DNA from: Clostridia bacterium
Lineage (GTDB): Bacteria; Bacillota; Clostridia; Oscillospirales; CAG-272
DNA length: 64,000 bases
Assembly (NCBI GenBank): GCA_017410065.1
Contig: JAFQRL010000024.1
Span: 6,173-70,172, forward strand
Direction: 5' to 3'
The notes under the pieces were generated by a model. The model did not search any database. It had not been told where the DNA came from and saw only the letters and a program-made list of their open reading frames with translations. Shown piece after piece: positions 16,779-28,771 of this stretch (position 1 is its first letter; every line of letters begins with the position of its first letter). A program made the translations under genes and the position numbers.

Positions 16779-18319
16779 TTGGCATAGTCAATGTGACGCG
16801 ATTCGCGGATAACACTCACCTTAATCTGTCCCGGATAATCAAGCTCGTTCTCGATCTTCTTGGCAATATCGCGGGCAAGAAGCTTCATCTTGTCGTCGCT
16901 GACCATCTCGGGCTTGACCATAATTCTGACCTCACGGCCAGCCTGGATAGCGAAGGTCTTTTCGATGCCCTCGAAGCCGCCTGCGACCTCCTCAAGCTTC
17001 TGAAGTCTCTTGATGTAGTTTTCAACGTCCTCACGGCGAGCACCGGGTCTTGCCGCGCTGATAGCGTCTGCCGCCTGAACGATGAAATCGATAACCGTGA
17101 CAGGCTCAACGTCGTTGTGGTGAGACTCAATAGCGCGGATAACGTCCTTATTCTCGCGATACTTATTAGCGATATCAACACCGAGCTGAACGTGAGAGCC
17201 CTCGACCTCGGCGGTAACAGCTTTACCGATATCGTGAAGAAGACCTGCTCTGCGCGCGAGAGTTACGTCAGCACCCATCTCGTCTGCAATAACGCCCGAA
17301 AGCATAGACACCTCAATGGAGTGACGAAGCGCGTTCTGACCGTAGGAGGTGCGGTACTTCATCCTACCGAGGAGCTTGATAAGCTCGGGATGGAGACCGT
17401 GAACACCTGTTTCAAACACAGCCTTTTCGCCTGCCTGCTTGATCGCGTTGTCTACCTCACGGCGAGCCTTCTCAACCATCTCCTCAATTCTTGCGGGATG
17501 AATTCTGCCGTCGCCGACAAGCTTTTCAAGAGCGATCCTTGCCACCTCGCGGCGAATGGGATCAAAGCCCGAAACTGTGATAACGTCGGGCGTGTCGTCA
17601 ATAATAAGCTCAACACCTGTGAGATTTTCAATAGTGCGGATGTTTCTTCCCTCGCGACCGATAATTCTACCCTTCATTTCATCGTTGGGTATCTGTACCA
17701 CCGAGATAGCAACCTCGCTTACGTGGTCTGCGGCGCATCTCTGAATAGCAAGAGAGAGAATATCCTTTGCCTTGGAATCAGCCTCATCCTTGAATTTAGC
17801 CTCATACTCGGCGATCTTAAGAGCGGTCTCGTGCTGCATCTCGCTATCAAGCCTTGCAACGAGCTCTGCCTTTGCATCCTCGCGGCTGAGACCTGCTATC
17901 TTTTCAAGCATAGCAAGCTGACCCTCAAGGGTCTTTCTGATCTCCTCGCCAACTCTTTCAGCCTCTGCCTGCTTTTCCGCAAGCTTGGCCTCCTTTCTCT
18001 CCATACCCTCGATCTTTGCATCAAGGGTCTCCTCCTTCTGAGTTACCCTGCGTTCAAGGCGAGACACCTCCTTGCGTCTTTCCTTGATATCAATGTCAGC
18101 ATCTTTCTTTAACTGGAATATTTCTTCCTTTGCTGCAATAATAGATTCCTTTTTAGTGCTTTCAGCATTTTTGATAGCGTCCTCAAGGATCTTCTTTGCC
18201 TGCTCGGTAGCAGAGCCAAGCTTCTTTTCGGCACTCATTTTACGAACGATAACGCCAACGCCAACGCCAACAACGAGCATAGCCGCGGCGATAACGATTG
18301 CGATCCAAATAGCGATCAT
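16775..18319 (-). CDS. rny: Ribonuclease Y
   Basis: N-terminal TM, coiled coil, KH domain ([12 protein letters not shown]), HD domain (LLHDIGK). Confidence 0.97.
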
Positions 18320-18477
18320 TTTCTTACCTCCTTCTGATTTACTTTAGCAAAGGCTCGGGGACGTGCCCGAAATACGCCCTTGCCGTGAAATCGAAATCCC
18401 GATTTTTGTCGGGAATAATAAATTTTGTTGATATGGCAGAAACTAAAGAAAGAAACATACTCCCACCATACATATTA

Positions 18478-18506
18478 ATTATATAATACTTTACGCGCAA
18501 AGTCAA
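18478..18506 (-). promoter_or_regulatory. sigma-A promoter of rny
   Basis: Minus strand TTGACT-17 nt-TATAAT. Confidence 0.7.
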
Positions 18507-18673
18507 GAAGATTTTAAAACAAAATATTTTACACCCCAAATTTTATCAAAAATTCCCATTTCAAAAGCCGATTTTCCAAGAAAATTATGTAAACTATCTT
18601 TTACATTTATGCACCGCCCCGATTTTTTATCTACCTATATATATAATTTAGCGATCTGCTCTCTACCCTATCC

Positions 18674-19242
18674 AAATCAGCCGCAGGCTGTATGGCATCA
18701 GCCCAATGGGCTGTATATTTGCTATTCGTCGGTCGTACACGCCGAATAACGCAAGATACCGTTAAAAACGGTATGCATCACGGCACAGCCGCGTATATCA
18801 TCAGCCGTAGGCTGCATCCCTCCCTGTCATCCTGAGCCTGTCGAAGTTTTGCGAACGAGGAGCGAGCAAAACCGAGGAGCAAAGCGACGAAGGGATCTCG
18901 CCCGACCCATATCTCGGGATAAAGAAAACTAACGTCAAATCCGCTCAACGAGCGGTATCTCTCCGTCCGAGATCCGACCGCAAGCGGTCGCCCTTCGGGT
19001 TTCGGCTTCGGGCTCTGCCCTCCGCTCAAGATGACAGCGGACGGTGCGCACCCCACAGGATAAATCAAGCTAACGTCAAATCAGCCGCAGGCTGTATGGA
19101 ATCCAACTCACAGAGATGGTATGGAATCCGCAAAGCGGTATGGCATCAGCCCATCGGGCTGTATGGAATCTATCTCGTAGAGATAGTGTGGAATCCGTGC
19201 TCTGCACGGTATGGCATCAAGGCGCAAGCCTTGTATGAAATC
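18674..19242. repeat. Mini-hairpin array with GTATGG[AC]ATC linkers, interrupted by a 214-bp inverted-repeat element
   Basis: Seven 10-nt linkers at 19094, 19119, 19138, 19161, 19186, 19209 and 19233, each separated by a self-complementary 9-15 nt spacer; degenerate copies at 18674-18815. Confidence 0.88.
18824..19037. mobile_element. REP/MITE-like element with 14-bp terminal inverted repeats
   Basis: CTGTCATCCTGAGC (18824-18837) and GCTCAAGATGACAG (19024-19037), 1 mismatch; inner GGATCTCG...CGAGATCC pair; no transposase. Confidence 0.6.
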
Positions 19243-19259
19243 CTCGAAGCGCTATACTT

Positions 19260-19286
19260 TTAGCACTTTGTCGAATAGTGGGCTAA
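19260..19286. promoter_or_regulatory. Degenerate CIRCE (HrcA operator)
   Basis: TTAGCACTT-N9-GTGGGCTAA vs consensus TTAGCACTC-N9-GAGTGCTAA. Confidence 0.6.
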
Positions 19287-19325
19287 ATATTAACACAAAA
19301 TTCATAATTTTTCTTGGCTAAACCA

Positions 19326-19354
19326 TTGACTTTTATTTAAAATTAGGGTATATT
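19326..19354 (+). promoter_or_regulatory. sigma-A promoter of the hrcA operon
   Basis: TTGACT-17 nt-TATATT between two CIRCEs. Confidence 0.75.
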
Positions 19355-19367
19355 ATATATGCATTGA

Positions 19368-19394
19368 TTAGCACTCTATCAATGTAAGTGCTAA
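19368..19394. promoter_or_regulatory. CIRCE element
   Basis: TTAGCACTC-tatcaatgt-AAGTGCTAA, 1 mismatch to consensus, just upstream of hrcA. Confidence 0.93.
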
Positions 19395-19420
19395 AATTCA
19401 AAGAAAAGAGGCAGATAAAA

Positions 19421-20488
19421 GTGGATGATTCAAGACTCACCCCGCGAAAAATGCAAATTCTCCGCGCGATAGTTGACGCACATATCAATCACGGCGAGCC
19501 TGTCGGCTCAAAATATCTGTCGCAGGACGTTCACATCTCCGCTTCCCCCGCCACCATCAGAAACGAAATGGCAGAGCTTGAGGAGATGGGATACCTCGTT
19601 CAGCCCCACACCTCGGCAGGCAGAGTTCCCTCCGAGCTTGGCTATAAATACTACGTTGACGCGCTTGTGCGCCAATATGCAGACACAAAGGCGGAGATAG
19701 ACGAAATAAATCAGCTTCTCTCCTATAAGCTCACGGCGATGGACGAGATACTCTCCCAGGTCTCCCGTCTTGCGGCATCCTTCACAGACTACACAGGCAT
19801 TGCCTTCAAGTCGGGCTTCGGCAAGGTGCGCATAAGTCAATTCAAGAGCGTGCTGCTCTCTCAAAGAGATTTTCTCTTGGTTATGACCTTCGATAGCGAA
19901 ACGGTTAAAACGAAGACCATACACCTCCCCTTCGTTCTCACGGAGGACACGCTCCGCAGATTCACCGAGGCGGCGAACATCTATCTTGTGAACCTGACGA
20001 GCGAGGAGATCACGATGCCCATCATCGTTAAGCTTGAAGCTCTTATGGGCTCCTCGGGAGCGATGGTACACCCCACGGTCAAGGCGATCTACGAAACAAT
20101 GAGCGAGCTTGATTCGGCAGACGTTAAGCTTGACGGTGTCACAAAGCTTCTCAACTATCCCGAATATTCCGACGTTTCGGATTTCAGAAATCTGCTCGGT
20201 GTCCTTGAGGAAAAGGATAAGCTGATGGACGTTATCTCCACACAGAACACCTCGGACGACGGCATCCACGTCTACATCGGCGCAGACGACGAAAGTGCGG
20301 GAATGAAAAACACAACTCTGATATTCAAAAACATAAATATCGGTGGCAAGCAGCTATCCGTTGGCGTTATCGGACCGAAGCGAATGAATTATTCCAAGGT
20401 TATTGAAATGCTGAACGGACTTGCAAACGGAATAGACCGACTGTTTTGCGACGGTGCTCTGCTAACAGACGGAAAAGACGACAGCTAA
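19421..20488 (+). CDS. hrcA: Heat-inducible transcription repressor HrcA
   Basis: EPVGSK, SPATIRNEMAELEEMGYL.QPHTSAGRVP, GVIGPKRMNY; start moved to GTG 19421 because the track start lies inside CIRCE. Confidence 0.95.
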   Translation: MDDSRLTPRKMQILRAIVDAHINHGEPVGSKYLSQDVHISASPATIRNEMAELEEMGYLVQPHTSAGRVPSELGYKYYVDALVRQYADTKAEIDEINQLLSYKLTAMDEILSQVSRLAASFTDYTGIAFKSGFGKVRISQFKSVLLSQRDFLLVMTFDSETVKTKTIHLPFVLTEDTLRRFTEAANIYLVNLTSEEITMPIIVKLEALMGSSGAMVHPTVKAIYETMSELDSADVKLDGVTKLLNYPEYSDVSDFRNLLGVLEEKDKLMDVISTQNTSDDGIHVYIGADDESAGMKNTTLIFKNINIGGKQLSVGVIGPKRMNYSKVIEMLNGLANGIDRLFCDGALLTDGKDDS

Positions 20489-20503
20489 GAAAGGAAGGCG
20501 GAG

Positions 20504-21055
20504 ATGGAAGAGATAAAGGTCAGCCCGGAGGATGAGGTAAAGGCGGAGTCGCCCGAGACCGACTCTCCCGAGGCGGAAGCAAAAAAAGCAAAAAAGAAAA
20601 GCGAAAAGAAGGATCTTGCGGTAGAGGTCGCAAGGCTTGAGGGCGAGCTTGCCGAGCAGCAGGATAAATACCTGCGTATGGCGGCTGAATACGATAACTT
20701 CAGGCGTCGTTCAAGAGAAGAGCGCGAGGGTGTTTACGAGGGTGCACTCGGAGACACGGTCGCAGAGCTTCTCCCCATCATAGATAATCTTGACAGAGCC
20801 GCACTTTACGACGACGGCGAGAAGGTCAAGGATGGTCTTGTGATGATCGCAAAGTCGGTAGAGCAGGTCTTCGCAAAGCTCGGAGTTGAAAGCTTCGGCG
20901 CGGTCGGCGAGACCTTTGATCCCAATATTCACAATGCGGTCCTTCACGTTGAGGATGACTCTCTTGGTGAGGGTGAGATCGTTGAAGTATTCCAGAAGGG
21001 ATATAGAAAAGGTAAGCACATAATTCGCTTCGCAATGGTTAAAACCGCTAACTAA
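20504..21055 (+). CDS. grpE: Nucleotide exchange factor GrpE
   Basis: YLRMAAEYDNFRRR, FDPNIHNAV, QKGY...IRFAMV. Confidence 0.95.
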   Translation: MEEIKVSPEDEVKAESPETDSPEAEAKKAKKKSEKKDLAVEVARLEGELAEQQDKYLRMAAEYDNFRRRSREEREGVYEGALGDTVAELLPIIDNLDRAALYDDGEKVKDGLVMIAKSVEQVFAKLGVESFGAVGETFDPNIHNAVLHVEDDSLGEGEIVEVFQKGYRKGKHIIRFAMVKTAN

Positions 21056-21158
21056 AGTTTACAAATCAGCCGATTTAAGCAAACCTTTCGGCAAAAGCAA
21101 AAAATCAAATAAAAACAAAATAATAAAAAACATCTTTATATAATAAGGGAGATTTTAA

Positions 21159-22991
<1,833 letters not shown>

Positions 22992-23058
22992 CATTGCCTC
23001 GGGTGAAAAACGCCCACGGTAAAGCCGTGACGGCATTTACAAAAATACCCAAATATTT

Positions 23059-23089
23059 TGTAGGGCGACCTCAATTGGCTCGCCCTACA
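23059..23089. terminator. Stem-loop between dnaK and dnaJ (terminator or mRNA stabiliser)
   Basis: TGTAGGGCGA...TCGCCCTACA. Confidence 0.5.
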
Positions 23090-23174
23090 AGTGTGTTTAC
23101 AAGCTAATTAATTATTTAGTTTTTGTAAACAATAATTGTCAAAACTCCATATTTTAACGCAACAAGGTGCTATT

Positions 23175-24317
23175 ATGGCAGATAACAAAAGAGATTATTA
23201 TGAGGTCCTCGGCGTATCAAAGGATGCGGGAGAGGACGAAATAAAAAAGGCATACAGACAGCTTGCAAAGAAGTATCACCCCGATATGAACCCAGGGGAT
23301 GCGGAGGCAGAGGTCAAGTTCAAGGAGGTCAACGAGGCATACGCGGTCCTCTCGGATTCCGAGAAGCGTTCAAAGTACGACCGCTTCGGTCACGCGGCTT
23401 TTGATCCCTCTTCAGGCGGAGGCGGCTCGGGCTTCGGTGGCTTTGGCGGCTTCGGCGCGGACTTTGATTTTGGCGATATCTTCTCCTCCTTCTTCGGCGG
23501 CGGAGGCGGCAGAGGCTCAAGGTCAAATGCGCCCAGAGAGGGCGACGACGTGGCGGCACGTGTCTCAATTTCCTTTGATGAAGCAGTTTTCGGATGCAAA
23601 AAGGAGATCAATTTTGCTCGCATTGAGGCTTGCGGCGAATGTTCGGGCTCGGGCGCGGCAAAGGGGTCAACTCCCGAGGTCTGCCAGACCTGTCACGGCA
23701 GAGGTCAGGTAACGGTGCAGAAGCAGACCCTCCTCGGTTATATGCAGACTCAGCAGGCGTGCTCCAACTGTCGCGGCTCGGGTAAGATCATCAAGAACCC
23801 CTGCTCCAACTGTAACGGCAAGGGCAGGATCAAGATCAATAAAAAGCTTGAGGTCAAGATCCCCGCGGGCATAGATAATATGCAGAATATTATTTTGAGG
23901 GGACAGGGCTCAGCAGGATATAACGGCGGCTCCAGCGGCGATCTCATCATTGAGGTGAGAGTGAAGGAGGATAAGATCTTCACTCGCGAGGGCACGAACG
24001 TTTACTGTGACATCCCCATCAGCTTCGCCGAGGCAACTCTGGGTGCTGAGATCGATATCCCGGTTCTCGGCGGTAAGACCGAGAAATTCAAGGTTCCCGA
24101 GGGCACGCAAAGCGGAAGCTCCTTCACCGTTCGCGGCAAGGGTATTCCCCACGTTAATTCGGGCAGACGGGGCGACCTTATCATAACCGTCAATATCGAG
24201 ACTCCGAAGAACCTTTCCAAGGAGCAAAAGGAGCTGCTTGAAAAGTTCTCCGCATCTCTTTCGGAGAGCAACACAAAAACAAGGCAAAGCTTCTTCTCAA
24301 AGCTCTTTAATAAATAA
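23175..24317 (+). CDS. dnaJ: Chaperone DnaJ
   Basis: [17 protein letters not shown] motif, G/F region, four CxxCxGxG repeats; start moved to ATG 23175. Confidence 0.97.
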   Translation: MADNKRDYYEVLGVSKDAGEDEIKKAYRQLAKKYHPDMNPGDAEAEVKFKEVNEAYAVLSDSEKRSKYDRFGHAAFDPSSGGGGSGFGGFGGFGADFDFGDIFSSFFGGGGGRGSRSNAPREGDDVAARVSISFDEAVFGCKKEINFARIEACGECSGSGAAKGSTPEVCQTCHGRGQVTVQKQTLLGYMQTQQACSNCRGSGKIIKNPCSNCNGKGRIKINKKLEVKIPAGIDNMQNIILRGQGSAGYNGGSSGDLIIEVRVKEDKIFTREGTNVYCDIPISFAEATLGAEIDIPVLGGKTEKFKVPEGTQSGSSFTVRGKGIPHVNSGRRGDLIITVNIETPKNLSKEQKELLEKFSASLSESNTKTRQSFFSKLFNK

Positions 24318-24572
24318 AAGAAAACACAAAAATCAACTAAAAAAGCAAAAAAGTCCATACCCGTGTTGAGTTTTCGAGGTTTTTCCTCGTCTCTCGGGAT
24401 GGACTTTTTTAATATTTAGCCAATACCAACCTAAATCGAATACGCCTAAAGCTATATAAATTCACGCTATTTCCCGAAATTTTGAAGTAATATGCGGATA
24501 TTGCAAGAAATTTTGGCGCATTACTCGGGAAAATATGCAGATTAAAACGTGTTCAATTTAGGTTGGCATTGG

Positions 24573-25229
24573 CTAACCGACGATGACCTTCGTTATACCG
24601 ATATCCGCAAGGTGCTCGTCGTGAGAATATTCGATGGGGGAGAGCTTCTCGCCGTCAAACTCGGCGACCGAATAGGATGCGTTGGATGGGAACGGAATCT
24701 TTTCCACTATATCCTCGGGAGCAACGCCGCAAATGATAGACCAGAAGCCACGAATAACGGCGGCGTGGGCGGCAATAAGCAGAGTCTTGCCCATATTCTC
24801 TGAGGCAATTTTCATAACCGTTTGATAAAACCTGCGGCTACCCTCCATTGTGCTCTCGCCATTTGGGAAAACGAAAGTGCCAAAGCCGCCGTGCCAATCC
24901 TCCTTGAACACTTTCTCACCGTACTTTTCAATTATCTCGTCAACGTGCTTCCCTTCCCAGTCGCCAACGTAGAGCTCACGAAGTCCGTGGTCGGTGTGAA
25001 CCGTCATACCGCGCAGGTCGGCGTGAGCCTTTGCCGTGTTGTATGCCCTTTGAAGGCTGCTGGAATAGATCTTATCAAGCTTGACCTTCGAGAGAGCCTC
25101 GGCGGTCGCGCGAGCCTGCTTGTATCCGTGCTCCGATAGGTCGAGATCTGTGTGCCCTAAGAACATTTTGTTTTTATTTCCAATGCTTTCGCCGTGTCTC
25201 ACAAGGTAGATCAATGTTTTTTCGCTCAT
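24573..25229 (-). CDS. Histidine phosphatase (phosphoglycerate mutase-like) family protein
   Basis: YLVRHGES, SSSLQRAYNTA, LRELYVGDWEG, PNGES, AAHAAVI. Confidence 0.88.
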   Translation of the reverse strand: MSEKTLIYLVRHGESIGNKNKMFLGHTDLDLSEHGYKQARATAEALSKVKLDKIYSSSLQRAYNTAKAHADLRGMTVHTDHGLRELYVGDWEGKHVDEIIEKYGEKVFKEDWHGGFGTFVFPNGESTMEGSRRFYQTVMKIASENMGKTLLIAAHAAVIRGFWSIICGVAPEDIVEKIPFPSNASYSVAEFDGEKLSPIEYSHDEHLADIGITKVIVG

Positions 25230-25475
25230 TACGTCTCCAAATTCAAATTTATGCATATTACCAACGAATATTCATTCATCAATTCGAAAATAATTTTCTT
25301 TGAGAAATCATTCAAAATATAAAATGCATAATTATGCATAATTTTTATAATTGATTTATTTTTTCAATGATATTATACATCACACCTTCCTTTTTGTCAA
25401 GCAAATAAGGATGAAGAAAGGTGTTTTTTATTTCAAAATATCACGTATTTTTCAGATCACGGCAAAGGTATTTCG

Positions 25476-25544
25476 GCCGAATTGCAAAAAAATCCTGCCG
25501 AATAATAATTTTTTCTTGACAGACTGCTAAAATATATTTAAAAT
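25476..25544 (+). promoter_or_regulatory. Candidate LytTR direct-repeat operator plus sigma-A promoter
   Basis: GCCGAAT at 25476 and 25497 (21-bp period), then TTGACA (25516)-17 nt-TAAAAT (25539). Confidence 0.6.
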
Positions 25545-25564
25545 CATACTTGGGAGGTGATAGC

Positions 25565-26101
25565 TTGAAGCTGAAAATTATTAATAATGCAAACTCCGAG
25601 CGGATAATTTTGGAGCTTACGGCTCAAACCGACCGCGAAAAGCTCCTTGAAAATAAGTTGAGAGAGCTAATTGCGGAATATAACCGAGCGGAAAACTGTT
25701 CAGAGGATGTCCTTGTATGCTCCAGGACAGACGAAAACAATTCATCACCAAATAAAACCGAAGCAAACGTAACGCGGCTTATCGGTTACAGAAGCGGCGA
25801 GATCCGCCCAATTCTCATCTGTGATATCTCTTGCTTCACGATTGAAGACTCAAAGCTTATCGCCCACACAAGGAGCGGAAAATATAAGCTTAAGGAGCGG
25901 CTATGGGAGATAGAGGGTCTTGTGGGTGAAGACTTTATTAAGATCAATCAATCCTGCCTTGTATGCATAAGAAACGTATTGAAATTCGATACGTCCATCG
26001 GAGGCTCGCTCAAGGTTGTGCTGGACACAGGGTATGAGGACTACGTGTCAAGGCGGCAGATGAAAACCGTAAAGACCAGAATTTTAGGTAATATCAAATA
26101 G
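25565..26101 (+). CDS. LytTR DNA-binding domain regulator (no receiver domain)
   Basis: KERLWEIE..GEDFIKINQSCLV...VSRRQMK; RBS GGAGGTGA then TTG at 25565. Confidence 0.85.
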   Translation: MKLKIINNANSERIILELTAQTDREKLLENKLRELIAEYNRAENCSEDVLVCSRTDENNSSPNKTEANVTRLIGYRSGEIRPILICDISCFTIEDSKLIAHTRSGKYKLKERLWEIEGLVGEDFIKINQSCLVCIRNVLKFDTSIGGSLKVVLDTGYEDYVSRRQMKTVKTRILGNIK

Positions 26102-26199
26102 AGGTAATGTAAATAATAGTTAACATAAATTGCGACACGTGGTGCCACTTGCTTGCCAAACGGAGTCGCATTGCAATAATAAGCAAGTAAAAATAAAAT

Positions 26200-26649
26200 A
26201 TGTTAAGCGGAAGAAAAAATATATTAAAAGAATTCCTGACAAGGGGAGCCGTGTTCGGGGGGCTTGGACCTATCATCGTCGGGATCGTATACCTATGCAT
26301 CTCAATGAACATCGCGGACTTTTCCTTAAGTGCCATCGAGGTACTCCTTGCAATAATCAGCGGATATCTCCTAGCATTTATTCAAGCAGGAGCAAGTGTG
26401 TTTAATCAGATCGATAGCTGGTCCCCGGGAAAATCCCTGCTCTTTCATTTCACATCAATATACCTGGCATACATCGTCACCTATCTTATAAACAGATGGA
26501 TCCCATTCAATATAATATTCATATTGATTTTCACAGGTGGCTTTGTCGCTGCATATTTCATCGTATGGATCACCGTATATCTATGTGTAAAAGCAACACA
26601 AAGAAAGCTTAATAGAAGCATAGAGGAAAAGCAAAAAAATAAAGAATAA
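26200..26649 (+). CDS. DUF3021-like membrane protein (LytTR partner)
   Basis: Four hydrophobic segments, RGAVFGGLGP, GASVFNQIDSWS..KSLLFHF, C-terminal KLN; follows the LytTR gene. Confidence 0.75.
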   Translation: MLSGRKNILKEFLTRGAVFGGLGPIIVGIVYLCISMNIADFSLSAIEVLLAIISGYLLAFIQAGASVFNQIDSWSPGKSLLFHFTSIYLAYIVTYLINRWIPFNIIFILIFTGGFVAAYFIVWITVYLCVKATQRKLNRSIEEKQKNKE

Positions 26650-26672
26650 TTAGTCTCAAAAAAAGAATATTT

Positions 26673-26719
26673 ATAAGTCGTAAATAGTATGTATTTATTC
26701 GTATTATTTACGACTTTTT
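26673..26719 (+). terminator. Intrinsic terminator
   Basis: AAGTCGTAAATA...TATTTACGACTT followed by T run. Confidence 0.6.
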
Positions 26720-27168
26720 ATATTTTTATAGCAAAATCAACCCTGATTTATTGAGAAAATTCCATATAATTTTTGAATAAAATTCTATCATTCGTAAAAG
26801 TTACTCGATGAATATGCAAAAATGCAAAAAATCGCGTGTAAATAGCCCGAGCAAATGAAATCTTCCATATTTATACATATATTGGTATTTTATGGTATTT
26901 AATATAGAAAATCAATGTATAAAAGCAAAAAAATACTCAACTTAATTAAAACCCGTTAATATGCTATAATTCCATTAATATCAAGCTGCGTATTTAGATA
27001 TTTAATAATTATTTTTTTATTTTGCCGTTAATCGATTAATATACATAATTTATCTTCGAATTAAACGTAACTTATCTAAAATAACGAAATATATAAAATA
27101 ACAAGCTGAATTTTGATATTCGATTAAGATCTTACGTAAATATCTATATTTTTCACCCGTTTTTTAAT

Positions 27169-27184
27169 TGTTTCACGTGAAACA
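27169..27184. promoter_or_regulatory. parS site 1
   Basis: Perfect TGTTTCACGTGAAACA. Confidence 0.95.
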
Positions 27185-27432
27185 ATTGCTTCCGAGCGGA
27201 TATCTATATATATATATTCGCGATATCAATGTGTAGTATAAGTTCTTCCGGCTAGTATTCTTATTTTTATATTTGCTAAATTGACAGTCTATTTATGTAT
27301 TTTTGCTGATTTTCCCTATTATGATGTAAAAATACTCCAATTTATAGAGTAATATTGTAATTGAATCGATAATACTATTGCTTTTTGCCTTATATTCTAT
27401 TATAATATTGGTTTTTGCACTATAATTTCTAT

Positions 27433-27448
27433 TGTTTCACGTGAAACA
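27433..27448. promoter_or_regulatory. parS site 2
   Basis: Perfect TGTTTCACGTGAAACA. Confidence 0.95.
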
Positions 27449-27559
27449 ATTATGATCTTTCAGAAGCGAGATCAGGCTATTTGCCGTCAAATCAAGTAAT
27501 TAATATGTTATATCTCATAGCTGTGATTACTTCAAGAGTAGGTAATATATAATTTTCAT

Positions 27560-27575
27560 TGTTTCACGTGAAACA
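27560..27575. promoter_or_regulatory. parS site 3
   Basis: Perfect TGTTTCACGTGAAACA. Confidence 0.95.
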
Positions 27576-27653
27576 TTTCTTATTATAGAAAAGATATTGA
27601 TATTATAGATCTGATTAAGGTATTTGAAATCAATTATATAGCGTCATACTAAT

Positions 27654-27669
27654 TGTTTCACGTGAAACA
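27654..27669. promoter_or_regulatory. parS site 4
   Basis: Perfect TGTTTCACGTGAAACA. Confidence 0.95.
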
Positions 27670-27921
27670 ATACTTTATCCTTAATTAATACAGACTGTTT
27701 TAATAAATTCCATCATATTCCCTTTAGCTTTACTTCATACTGTTCTGTGTATATAATACTATATATAGTATTTTACCCAGCATTTTGCGCAATTAGTTGA
27801 CTATTTTGATAGTTTTTACATTTAATTTGCTGTTAAATCTACTAATAAATCATCAAGACGGAAAAATATACTAATACACTTTTCCGTTCTACATTTTTAA
27901 ACAATTTTAACATACTTTTTA

Positions 27922-27950
27922 TTGACTTTAAACACTTAATATAGTATAAT
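27922..27950 (+). promoter_or_regulatory. sigma-A promoter of parA
   Basis: TTGACT-17 nt-TATAAT. Confidence 0.75.
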
Positions 27951-27984
27951 ATTATTAGTAATATTTAAAGCACAGGAGGCAGAA

Positions 27985-28755
27985 ATGGCAAGAGCAAAGG
28001 TAGTGTCATTTTCCAATCAGAAGGGCGGAGTAGGGAAGACCACGTCCTGCGTTAATTTATCGGCACAGATAGCAAACAAGGGCAAAAAGGTGCTGATGAT
28101 AGATATGGATCCGCAGGGAAATGCCACGAGCGGTCTTGGAATATCGAAATCGAAGATAAAAAAGACGGTTTACGACGTTATTATTGGCAAAGCAGACATT
28201 AAGGAGACTATAATCAAGTCTAATTTCAAGAATCTTTGGGTCGTTCCTGCAACTATTGATCTTGCCGGTGCCGAGCTTGAGCTCTATGACATAGAGGATG
28301 AGCAGCTCAAATTCACTGAGCTTGCCCTTGATTCGGTCAAGGATGATTTTGATTACATATTTATAGACTGTCCGCCCTCCCTCGGTATGCTCACCGTTAA
28401 GGCTCTCACAGTGTCGGACGGCGTTGTTATTCCTATGCAATGCGAGTTTTATTCGCTTGAGGGTATGTCCCAGCTCTTGAACACTATTAAGAGGATCAGA
28501 GCAGCTTATAATCCCGATTTACAGGTCGTTGGCATACTTTTGACTATGTATAATGGACGTTTGACACTTACTTCCCAGGTTGTAGCCGAGCTTAAGAAGT
28601 ATTATGCCGAGAAGCTATTTAAGGTTCCCATCTCAAGAACTGTGCGTATCTCGGAGGCTCCTGGCTACGGCGAGCCGATATGCTACCACGACCCCTACGG
28701 CAAGGGCTCACTTGAATACGCCGCAGTGGCAAAGGAGCTTATGTTAAGAATATAA
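27985..28755 (+). CDS. parA: Chromosome partitioning ATPase ParA/Soj
   Basis: NQKGGVGKTT, IDMDPQGNATSG, IDCPPSLG, QCEFYSLEG, SEAPGYG. Confidence 0.95.
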   Translation: MARAKVVSFSNQKGGVGKTTSCVNLSAQIANKGKKVLMIDMDPQGNATSGLGISKSKIKKTVYDVIIGKADIKETIIKSNFKNLWVVPATIDLAGAELELYDIEDEQLKFTELALDSVKDDFDYIFIDCPPSLGMLTVKALTVSDGVVIPMQCEFYSLEGMSQLLNTIKRIRAAYNPDLQVVGILLTMYNGRLTLTSQVVAELKKYYAEKLFKVPISRTVRISEAPGYGEPICYHDPYGKGSLEYAAVAKELMLRI

Positions 28756-28771
28756 TTCTTATTCAATAATC

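Noticed and set aside
16793-18112. 439-aa plus-strand ORF antisense to rny
   Set aside because: Shadow ORF caused by codon bias of the real gene; the same applies to the long antisense ORFs over dnaK, gyrB, dnaN and parB.
18778-19068. 96-aa minus-strand ORF
   Set aside because: Lies entirely in the inverted-repeat element; no recognisable motif and not a transposase.
19094-19242. CRISPR array
   Set aside because: Repeats are only 10 nt, spacers are 9-15 nt and self-complementary, and there are no cas genes or leader. Reported as a hairpin array instead.
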